In this document: positions 37,462 to 45,419 of the stretch, piece after piece
Position numbering within the stretch: position 1 is the stretch's first letter
How the letters are laid out: every line of letters starts with the position of its first letter
Assembly: GCA_034435555.1 (NCBI GenBank)
Contig: DAOTXC010000178.1
Span: forward strand, 1 to 61,886
Direction of reading: 5' to 3'
Source of the DNA: Anaerolineae bacterium
GTDB lineage: Bacteria; Chloroflexota; Anaerolineae; B4-G1; SLSP01
Length of the DNA: 61,886 bases
Made by a program: the position numbers and the translations under genes
The notes under the pieces: model-generated
The model's database searches: none
What the model saw: only the letters and a program-made list of their open reading frames with translations
Told to the model about the DNA's origin: nothing

Positions 37462-38020
37462 AGGCCATCTCAGGCACCAAACGCTGACGCCGCGCCAGCG
37501 TCTCTCGCAGACGCTCACGGGCATAATAGAGCCGGGACTTGACCGTCCCCACCGGCAAATCGAGAATCTGGCTGATCTCCTCTAGGGGAAGATTCTCCAA
37601 ATAAAAGAGCACCACCACCGCCCGATGCACCTCCGGCAAATCGGCGACCACTTCCTGAACCAACCGCACCGTCTCGCCCCGTTCAGTGTTGCGATCCGGT
37701 GCGGGGAAGGCCCCCTGAGAGCCGCTAAACCATTCCAAAATATCTTCCACCGGTTGCATCCACCGCCGCTTCTTGGCCCAATCGTAAGCAAGATTGACCG
37801 TTGCCCGATAGAGCCAGGGCGCTAAGGGGCGGGTCCCATCAACTTTCGCAGCGTAGGTGTGGAGGCGAATGAAACACTCCTGCAAAATATCCTCAGCGGC
37901 GCGCTCATCGTGCGTCACAGCGAGCGCCGTGCGATATACCAGATTCTTGTATTGATGGTAAAGCTCCCCCAAAGCCTCCAAATCCCCTGCCTGGAGCCGC
38001 TCGATCAGGTCGTTGTCCAT
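37448..38020 (-). CDS. ECF (sigma-70 group 4) sigma factor
   Basis: AEDILQECF, WLYRATVN, region 4 GTVKSRLYYAR. Confidence 0.93.
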   Translation of the reverse strand: MDNDLIERLQAGDLEALGELYHQYKNLVYRTALAVTHDERAAEDILQECFIRLHTYAAKVDGTRPLAPWLYRATVNLAYDWAKKRRWMQPVEDILEWFSGSQGAFPAPDRNTERGETVRLVQEVVADLPEVHRAVVVLFYLENLPLEEISQILDLPVGTVKSRLYYARERLRETLARRQRLVPEMAYEFT

Positions 38021-38041
38021 TATTGCCTACCTCACGCTACT

Positions 38042-38800
38042 TTATATACTCGCGCTATCATCATCAGGTTCACATAAAGCCTGTTCAAATTGTACCAGAA
38101 AATCTCGATCTGCGGAGCTCAGCATCGCTCCTTGCAACAGCTCCGGGCGGCGGACGCAGGTGCGCAGCAGGGCCTGCTCCCGCTGCCAGCGGGCAATCGC
38201 CGCGTGGTTGCCGGAGCGCAACACCTCAGGGACCGCCCACTCACGGAAGAGCGATGGGCGAGTGTATTGCGGCCCCTCCAACAGCCCGGTCGCGTAGGAA
38301 TCCTGGCGCGCGCCCTCGTCGGCACCCAGCACGCCCGGCACAAAGCGCGCCACCGCATCCACCAGCACCATCGCCGCCAGCTCCCCGCCGGTGAGTACGT
38401 AATCGCCGATGGAGATCTCCGCTGTGACCAGATGCTCGCGCACGCGCTCGTCCACCCCCTCGTAGTGGCCGCACAGCAACACCAGCCGCGATTGCGTTGC
38501 CAGCTCCATCACCAACGCCTGCTCCAGCCGCCGCCCTTGCGGGGTGAGCAGGATCACCGGGGCGCGCTCCTCCCCCAGAATCGTCTCCACCGCCGCGAAG
38601 AGCGGTTCGGGCTTCATCACCATGCCGACCCCGCCCCCATAAGGCGCATCGTCGGTCAGCTGGTGGCGGTCGTGAGCATAATCGCGGATCTGATGCACGG
38701 CCACATCGAGCAACCCGCGCAGCAAAGCGCGCTTCAGGATGCTCTCCTGAAACGGCGCTAAGAACATCGCGGGGAAGAGGGTTAAGATGTCAATCCGCAT
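38042..38800 (-). CDS. trmD: tRNA (guanine37-N1)-methyltransferase
   Basis: [43 protein letters not shown]. Confidence 0.97.
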   Translation of the reverse strand: MRIDILTLFPAMFLAPFQESILKRALLRGLLDVAVHQIRDYAHDRHQLTDDAPYGGGVGMVMKPEPLFAAVETILGEERAPVILLTPQGRRLEQALVMELATQSRLVLLCGHYEGVDERVREHLVTAEISIGDYVLTGGELAAMVLVDAVARFVPGVLGADEGARQDSYATGLLEGPQYTRPSLFREWAVPEVLRSGNHAAIARWQREQALLRTCVRRPELLQGAMLSSADRDFLVQFEQALCEPDDDSASI

Positions 38801-38882
38801 TATCTACTATTGTACCTTAAAGAGCCTTGTTTTTGCAAGGGAAGAATTGCAAAATCGCCCCAGACAAATATAACCCGCCCGC

Positions 38883-40220
38883 TTAGGCCACGGCCCGTTG
38901 CCACAGCGCCGCCGCCAGCTCCCGCGAGCGGGCGGTGATCTCCGCCTCATCTAGCGTGAGCAGCTGGCGGTCGCGCATCAGCACCCGCCCCGCGCTGATC
39001 GTCGCGGTGATCAGCGACGCCTCGTAGCCGAAGAGGAAGTGCCAGGGCAGATTGCCCGCCGTCAACGGCGTGGTGGGATGATAATCCACCAGCACCAGAT
39101 CGGCCTGCGCCCCCGGCGCGAGCACGCCCAGCTGCTGCTCCGGCCAGAAGAGGCGCGCCAGCTCCGCATTCGCGGCGTAGGCCAGCCGGAAGACCAGATC
39201 GCCGGGCATAGCGCGCGGGTCGCCCTGCGCCAGCTTATGCACCAGATAAGCGGCCTTCATCTCGGCGAACATATTGTTGCTGAAGCCATCGTTGCCCAGC
39301 GCCACCTTCACGCCCTCTGCCAGCAGCGCCTCGACAGGCCCAGTGCCCACGGCATTGTTCATGTTGGAGCGCGGCTGGTGTGTGACCCACGTCCCCGTCT
39401 CGGCCAACACCGCCATCTCGCTCGCGTCAACGTGGACCGCGTGCGCGACGATGGAGCGCGGCCCCAGGATGCCCGCCGCGTGCAGCCTGTGGATCACACG
39501 CAGCCCCGACTTGCGCAAACTGTCCTCCACATCCTCCACCCCCTCCGCCGCGTGGATGTGGAAGCCGGTCTCCAGCCCCTCCGCCGCAGCGACGGCGTCC
39601 GCCAACGTCTCATCGCTGAGCGTGAGCGAGGCATGCAGCCCAAAGGAGGCCGCCAGCTGCGGGTGCGGCGCGGCCTGCATCCGCCGCAGAAAGCGCGCAT
39701 TCTCGGCGATGCCCGCCTGCGCGAGCGCCGCCCCGTCGCGGTCGGTCACCTCGTAGCAGAGCGAGGCCCGCACGCCCGCGCGCACCACCTCCTCCGCGAT
39801 GATGTCGAGCGAACCGGCAATCGCGTGGGGGCTGGCATGGTGGTCAATCAGCGTTGTGGTCCCGTGGCGGATCGCATCGGCCAGGCAAACGAGCGCCGAA
39901 TAGCGCACATCCTCCGGGGTGAGCTCTTTGTCCAGCCGCCACCACAGCCGCTCCAAAATCTCGCCGAAGCGGCGCGCCGGCGGGCCGGGGTAGGCCCAGC
40001 CGCGCGCGAAAGCGCCATAGAAATGCGTGTGACCACAGAGCGCCGCCGGCAGCGCCAGCTGCCCACCCGCATCCCAGCGGGGTTCGTCGGGATACTGCGC
40101 GGTCAAGGCAGCGGTCGACTCCACCGCGACGATGCGTTCGCCCTGAATCAGCACCGCGCCATCTTCAATCAACTGTGGCTCCGCGCCCAGCGTCGCCACC
40201 CGTGCATGTGTGATGAGCAT
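38883..40220 (-). CDS. SsnA-like amidohydrolase
   Basis: CGHTHFYG, HGTTTLIDHHAS, HIHAAEG, AHAVH, GNDG. Confidence 0.82.
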   Translation of the reverse strand: MLITHARVATLGAEPQLIEDGAVLIQGERIVAVESTAALTAQYPDEPRWDAGGQLALPAALCGHTHFYGAFARGWAYPGPPARRFGEILERLWWRLDKELTPEDVRYSALVCLADAIRHGTTTLIDHHASPHAIAGSLDIIAEEVVRAGVRASLCYEVTDRDGAALAQAGIAENARFLRRMQAAPHPQLAASFGLHASLTLSDETLADAVAAAEGLETGFHIHAAEGVEDVEDSLRKSGLRVIHRLHAAGILGPRSIVAHAVHVDASEMAVLAETGTWVTHQPRSNMNNAVGTGPVEALLAEGVKVALGNDGFSNNMFAEMKAAYLVHKLAQGDPRAMPGDLVFRLAYAANAELARLFWPEQQLGVLAPGAQADLVLVDYHPTTPLTAGNLPWHFLFGYEASLITATISAGRVLMRDRQLLTLDEAEITARSRELAAALWQRAVA

Positions 40221-40235
40221 ATCAAACCTCCTAAT

Positions 40236-40300
40236 GAGTCAGCGAGAATAAAATACGAAATACGAAATACGCGATACGCAATACGCAATACGCATTACGA
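40236..40300 (-). repeat. Oriented heptamer-array element, copy 2 (longest)
   Basis: Six full ATACG(A/C)(A/G) heptamers plus one partial, next to the GAGTCAGCGAGA head; 4 nt from the ssnA-like RBS. Confidence 0.85.
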
Positions 40301-40305
40301 TCCCC

Positions 40306-41238
40306 TCACCCCTTTAACTGAAACCGTGAATCATTCGCCAGGGTGCGGCGCAGCCCTTCCTCCAACGTGACCCGTGGGATGTAGCCCAACAGCTTGCGCG
40401 CTCTGGTCAAATCCGCCCGCAAGCGCGAGACCCCGCCGCTTTCTACCTGGCTGTTGATGATATTGCTGGATGCCCCTGTGATCTCCAGAACGCACTGCGC
40501 CACCTGCGCGATGGACGTATCCACGCCGCTGCCCACGTTGATCGTCTCCCCAGAGATACCGGAGGTCGTCCCCGCCGCCAGCAGCGCCGCAACCACATCA
40601 TCAATGTAGACGAAGTCCCGCGTCTGCTCCCCGGAGCCGAAGATCACCAGCGAGCCATTGCCGACCGCCTGCCGCAGGAAGCGTGGGATGACCGGCGCGT
40701 GCGCCGGGGGGAGCTGCTGCCCCGCCCCATAAGCGTTGAAGATGCGCAGGGCCACCGTCTCGATCCCCCACAGCGCCCCAATCGTGTGGACGTAGTGCTC
40801 GGCGGCGAGCTTGCTCACCGCGTAGGGCGACTGCGGCCTGGGGCGGGCGCGCTCCGTGATCGGCTGGCGACGTTGCGGGCCGTAGACCGCGCCGGAGGAA
40901 GTCAGCACCAGCCGGGGGATCTGCACATCGCGCATCGCCTCCAACAGCGCCACCGTCCCCCCCACGTTGACGGCGTTGTATTCACCGGGATAGAGGATGG
41001 ACTCCGCCACCAAGACCCGCGCCGCCAGATGGTAGACGCAGTCCACATCCTGCAACAGCGTCCAGAGCTTGGGACGATCCCGCACGTCGCCGCGATGGAA
41101 GAGGACGCGCGCGTCCAGAGCCTCCGCATCGCCGGCGCTCAGATCATCAACCACGAGCACCGCGTGCCCGCGCGCGACCAGCGCATTCGCCAGCGCCCGT
41201 CCCACAAAGCCAGCCCCGCCCGTGATCAAAACTCGCAT
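40306..41238 (-). CDS. NAD-dependent epimerase/dehydratase
   Basis: GGAGFVG, SSGAVYG, YAVSK (YxxxK), RDFVYIDD. Confidence 0.92.
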   Translation of the reverse strand: MRVLITGGAGFVGRALANALVARGHAVLVVDDLSAGDAEALDARVLFHRGDVRDRPKLWTLLQDVDCVYHLAARVLVAESILYPGEYNAVNVGGTVALLEAMRDVQIPRLVLTSSGAVYGPQRRQPITERARPRPQSPYAVSKLAAEHYVHTIGALWGIETVALRIFNAYGAGQQLPPAHAPVIPRFLRQAVGNGSLVIFGSGEQTRDFVYIDDVVAALLAAGTTSGISGETINVGSGVDTSIAQVAQCVLEITGASSNIINSQVESGGVSRLRADLTRARKLLGYIPRVTLEEGLRRTLANDSRFQLKG

Positions 41239-41239
41239 G

Positions 41240-42298
41240 TCATCCCTCCGATTTGGCACGCCAGTAGCGCCATTGCGCCAGCGAGAGCAGCGGCGAACGC
41301 GCCCACCGATACAGCCGGTAGAGCCACCCCTGCGGCGTGTAATCGTAGGCCCCGATGTGCGGCGTGAACGCCGCGCCGAAGCCCTCCTTGAAGCGATAGA
41401 CGCCCCACAGCGGATCGCTCTCGTCCAGCACATCGGGCGCGCCCCAAAGATCGTACACCCGGCAGCCCAGGGCCTGCGCCCGGCGGATCGTCTCCCATTG
41501 CAGCAGATGGTTGGGCATCACCTGCCGATGCAGCTCCCGCGAGGCCCCGTACATGTACCAGGCCCGCGCCCCAAAGTGAAAGAGGATCAGCATGGAGAGC
41601 AGCGCGCCCTCGTATTCCGCCACCAACGGGAGCGCCAGCCCAGCCTCCACAAAGGTCCGCCACGCATCCAGATAGTAGGCCGCCTCGCGGATGATGAACC
41701 CATCGCGCAGCGCGGTCTCGGCGTACATCTCATAGAGCACCGGCAGTTCAGCGACCTCGGCTTCGCGCACGTTCACGCCGCGTCGCACCGCCAGCCGGAC
41801 ATTGTAACGCCACTTGGACTTCATCCCGGCCATCAATGTATCCAGATCCGGCGTCAGATCGAGGCACATCGTGTTCTTGAACTGCACCTGCTCGAACGCT
41901 CGCCGCCAGCCCCGGCGCTGCAACAGCGCCATCACCGCCGCGCCCGCCGATGTATCGCTCCGCACGTCGGGATCGATCTTCAACAGCAGGGCGGCGTGGT
42001 CGCGCGCATAGGTCGCCAGATCGGCCAACACCCGCTCCGCCAACGCCATATCCGTCCAATCGAGCAGCGGCCCTTTGGGTGTATAGAGCAAGGCGCGCCC
42101 CCCCGACCGGCGCTGCAAGAGCAGGGCCGCCGCGCGGGGCGTCTGTTCAGCATCGCGCCAGAGCAAGGGGGTGGCCTCCCATCCATGGCGCGCCTTGAAC
42201 GCGCCCCAGGCCCAACTTTGTAGCACATGCGGCGCAGGCAACTGCAACAACGCCGCATCCCAAACATTTGCATCCGCTACTTCTACTCTTATCTCCAT
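41240..42298 (-). CDS. FemAB/FemX-type peptidoglycan bridge aminoacyltransferase
   Basis: LQSWAWGAFK, YTPKGP, KWRYNVR, YGAS, YDLWG, GVYRFKEGFG. Confidence 0.88.
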   Translation of the reverse strand: MEIRVEVADANVWDAALLQLPAPHVLQSWAWGAFKARHGWEATPLLWRDAEQTPRAAALLLQRRSGGRALLYTPKGPLLDWTDMALAERVLADLATYARDHAALLLKIDPDVRSDTSAGAAVMALLQRRGWRRAFEQVQFKNTMCLDLTPDLDTLMAGMKSKWRYNVRLAVRRGVNVREAEVAELPVLYEMYAETALRDGFIIREAAYYLDAWRTFVEAGLALPLVAEYEGALLSMLILFHFGARAWYMYGASRELHRQVMPNHLLQWETIRRAQALGCRVYDLWGAPDVLDESDPLWGVYRFKEGFGAAFTPHIGAYDYTPQGWLYRLYRWARSPLLSLAQWRYWRAKSEG

Positions 42299-42325
42299 AA
42301 TCTAATTGTAGCACAGCCGAGGGAA

Positions 42326-42353
42326 TTGACACAGCGGCATATCTTGTTATGAT
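42326..42353 (+). promoter_or_regulatory. hflX operon promoter
   Basis: TTGACA-N16-TATGAT with extended TG. Confidence 0.65.
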
Positions 42354-42392
42354 TACGCCATGCGCCACGGCGCTACGTGAGAGAGGGGGGAA

Positions 42393-42438
42393 TTGCGTAT
42401 TTCGTATTGCGCATTTCGTATTTTACTCTCGCTGACTC
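42393..42438 (+). repeat. Oriented heptamer-array element, copy 3 (5' UTR of hflX)
   Basis: GCGTATT-TCGTATT-GCGCATT-TCGTATT-TTACTCTCGCTGACTC. Confidence 0.82.
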
Positions 42439-42468
42439 GTTGATTCACTGATTTTAGAGGGAGATTTC

Positions 42469-43836
42469 TTGAACATACACACTAACACGCAAACCACATT
42501 GGCCCCGCCGGAACGCGCGTTCCTGGTCGGCGTTGAGTGGAAACACGGCCCCGCTGGGCCTTACCAACCGACGGCCTGGGCCGCGGAAGAATCGCTGATC
42601 GAGCTGGCCCGCCTGGCCGATACCGCCGGACTCGAGGTCATCGGGCAGGCTACCCAGGGCCTCGACCGGCCCCATCCCAGCACCTTTATCGGGAAGGGCA
42701 AGGCCGAAGAGATCGCGGAGACGTTGCAAATGCTCGGCGGCGATGTCGTCATCTTTGATGACGAACTCAGCCCGCGCCACCAGCGCGAATTGGAGGCTAT
42801 CTTCGGGCGCAAGGTCAAGGTTATGGATCGCACCGGCCTGATCCTCGACATCTTCGCCCAACACGCCACCACCAGCGAGGGCACGCTCCAGGTCGAGCTG
42901 GCCCAGTACGAATATCGCCTGCCGCGCCTCACCCAGACGTGGGCCGACCTCGCGCTCACCCGCCAGGCTGGCGGGCGCGCCGGCGGCTCGACCGGCGGCG
43001 TCGGCCTGCGCGGCCCCGGCGAGACCAAGCTTGAGATGGATCGCCGGCGTATCCGTCGGCGCATCGCGCAGATCAAGCGAGAGCTCGAGGATGTGCGCGC
43101 CCACCGCGCGCGCCACCGCGACCAGCGCCGCCGCAGCGGACTGCCCACCGTCGCGCTCGTCGGCTACACCAACGCCGGCAAGTCCACTCTCCTCAACACC
43201 CTCAGCGGGGCCGATGTCTACGTCGCCGACCAACTCTTCGCCACGCTCGACCCCACCATCCGCCGCGTCGAACTGCCCGGCGGGACCGTCGTGCTCCTCA
43301 GCGATACCGTCGGCTTCATCCAGAAGCTCCCCGCCAACCTCATCGCCGCCTTCCGCGCCACCCTGGAGGAGGTCCGTGAGGCCGATCTCCTGCTCCACGT
43401 TATTGACGCCTGCCACCCGCACGCCCTGGAGCAAAGCCGCGCCGTCTACGAGACGCTGCGCGAGATCGAGGCCGATGACTTGCCCGTCATCAATGTGCTC
43501 AACAAGATTGACCGCTTGAGCGACCCCGCCGCTGCCTGTGATGCGCTCGGCGACCTGAGCGACAGCGTCGCCATCTCCGCGCTCACCGGGCAAGGGCTGG
43601 ACGCGCTGCGCGCCTACATTGAAGAGGTGCTCGAAGAGGAGATGCTCCCCATCGAGGTCGTCATCCCCTTCGCGCGCGGCGAGCTCGTCAGCCTCTTCTA
43701 CGAACGCGGCCTTATTGATCTCGAAGAGCATCTGCAAAGCGGCACGCGCATCCGCGGACGCTTACCGCAGAGCTTGCACACCCAGTTCACCGAGTTCCGC
43801 CCGCAACGCCGCCAGAAGGGAAAAGAGGCGCTATGA
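42469..43836 (+). CDS. hflX: GTPase HflX
   Basis: GLRGPGETKLE, GYTNAGKS, DQLFATLDPT, DTVGF, NKID. Confidence 0.96.
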   Translation: MNIHTNTQTTLAPPERAFLVGVEWKHGPAGPYQPTAWAAEESLIELARLADTAGLEVIGQATQGLDRPHPSTFIGKGKAEEIAETLQMLGGDVVIFDDELSPRHQRELEAIFGRKVKVMDRTGLILDIFAQHATTSEGTLQVELAQYEYRLPRLTQTWADLALTRQAGGRAGGSTGGVGLRGPGETKLEMDRRRIRRRIAQIKRELEDVRAHRARHRDQRRRSGLPTVALVGYTNAGKSTLLNTLSGADVYVADQLFATLDPTIRRVELPGGTVVLLSDTVGFIQKLPANLIAAFRATLEEVREADLLLHVIDACHPHALEQSRAVYETLREIEADDLPVINVLNKIDRLSDPAAACDALGDLSDSVAISALTGQGLDALRAYIEEVLEEEMLPIEVVIPFARGELVSLFYERGLIDLEEHLQSGTRIRGRLPQSLHTQFTEFRPQRRQKGKEAL

Positions 43837-44438
43837 GCCATTGGCGCAAACAGCAACAAAAAGATCCCTACTTCCAACAGGCCAGAGCGGATGGCTACCG
43901 CGCCCGCTCGGCCTACAAGCTGCTCCAGATTCAGGAGAAGTTCAAGGTCATCCGCCGTGGCGATGTGGTCGTTGACCTGGGCGCTGCGCCCGGCTCCTGG
44001 TCGCAGGCCATCGCCCAGCTGGTGGGGCCGCAGGGCCAGGTCATCGCGCTCGACATCGAGCCGCTGGACCCCATCGCCGGCGTGACCATCCTCCAGGGCG
44101 ACATGACCGACCCCGCCGTGCAGGCGCAAGTCATCGCGGCGGCGGGCGGGCGCGCCGATGTTGTCGTCAGCGACGCTGCGCCGTCCACCACCGGCGTCAA
44201 ATTGCGCGACCATGTGCTCTCGATGGAGCTGGCGCGCGCGGCCCTCGCAGTGGCCCAACAGCTGCTACAACCCGGCGGGAACCTCGTCATCAAAGTCTTC
44301 CAGGGCGAAGACCTGCCCGATGTCGTCCACACCGTCAAGATGGCCTTCCATCCGGTCAAAATTCACAAACCCGCCGCTTCGCGCAAGGAGAGCTGGGAAC
44401 AGTTCATCGTCGCACGCGGTTATAAGGGGGAAAGCTAA
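43833..44438 (+). CDS. rlmE: 23S rRNA 2'-O-methyltransferase (FtsJ/RlmE)
   Basis: YRARSAYKL, DLGAAPGSW, VVVSDAAP, K-D-K-E tetrad. Confidence 0.9.
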   Translation: MSHWRKQQQKDPYFQQARADGYRARSAYKLLQIQEKFKVIRRGDVVVDLGAAPGSWSQAIAQLVGPQGQVIALDIEPLDPIAGVTILQGDMTDPAVQAQVIAAAGGRADVVVSDAAPSTTGVKLRDHVLSMELARAALAVAQQLLQPGGNLVIKVFQGEDLPDVVHTVKMAFHPVKIHKPAASRKESWEQFIVARGYKGES

Positions 44439-44441
44439 TCC

Positions 44442-45416
44442 ATGCTACGTCAGTCCAAATCCTATCGCCTGCTCTTGCTGGCCCTGCTGTTGTGGGCCGG
44501 ACTTGCTGCCGCCACAGGCCAGGTCGCAGCCGAGATGCCACCGCCCGAACGGAGCGCGCACTTGCTATGGGCGTTGCTAGCCCCACCGCCCTACGCCGGC
44601 GATAACGACCTCCAGGTCGCGCTCTGCCAGCCCGACCGCGCCGAGGCGCTGCGTCCGGGACAGATGCGCGTCCCCATCTTGCTCTACCACTACGTGGGAC
44701 GCGAAAGCCTGGAAGCCGACGGCGTCTCCACCTCCCGCTACAACGTCACAACAGCGGACTTCGCCGCGCAGCTGGAGCTGCTGGACAACCTGGGCTACCA
44801 CACGATCACCGTCGCCGAACTCGCCGCCGCGCTCTCTGGCGAATTCACCCTGCCGCCGCGCCCCATCGTCATCACCCTCGATGACGGCTGGATCGAGCAG
44901 TACGACATCGTGCTGCCGCTGCTGCAAGCCCGCGACATGCGCGCCACCTTCTTCATCCCCAGCACCTACCTCATAGGTGGGCGTTTCGTCACCGCCGAAC
45001 AGGCCCGCGAGCTCATAGCTGCGGGCATGGAGATCGGCTCTCACACCCGCACCCACCTCCAGCTCACCGGACTGGACGAAGCCACGGTCTGGCAGGAGAT
45101 CGCTCACTCCAAAGTGGAGCTGGAAGCGCGCCTCGGCGCGCCCATCACCAGCTTCTCCTACCCCTTCGGCGCGGCGGATAGCGCCACCATCGGACAGGTG
45201 CAGGCCGCCGGTTACACCGCCGCCGTCGGGCTAGGGCCATCCACTGTGCATGGGGACTACAACCGCTACTACCTGGGGCGCATCGAAGTGCAGAGCGACA
45301 TGACCCTGTCCGCACGGCTCGACCGGCTGCCCTGGCGCGGCGCGGAGACCTCGCTCTGTCGGTCGGCGCTGACCGTTGATCTCCTGCGCCGCTTCGTCAT
45401 TGCCCTGCCTTTCTAA
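44442..45416 (+). CDS. Polysaccharide deacetylase (CE4), exported
   Basis: Signal peptide, VPILLYH, ITLDDG, GSHTRTH, FSYPFG. Confidence 0.88.
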   Translation: MLRQSKSYRLLLLALLLWAGLAAATGQVAAEMPPPERSAHLLWALLAPPPYAGDNDLQVALCQPDRAEALRPGQMRVPILLYHYVGRESLEADGVSTSRYNVTTADFAAQLELLDNLGYHTITVAELAAALSGEFTLPPRPIVITLDDGWIEQYDIVLPLLQARDMRATFFIPSTYLIGGRFVTAEQARELIAAGMEIGSHTRTHLQLTGLDEATVWQEIAHSKVELEARLGAPITSFSYPFGAADSATIGQVQAAGYTAAVGLGPSTVHGDYNRYYLGRIEVQSDMTLSARLDRLPWRGAETSLCRSALTVDLLRRFVIALPF

Positions 45417-45419
45417 GCC

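Noticed and set aside
40236-40300. CRISPR array
   Set aside because: Units are 7 nt and contiguous with no spacers, and no cas genes are present; no CRISPR is evident anywhere in the window.
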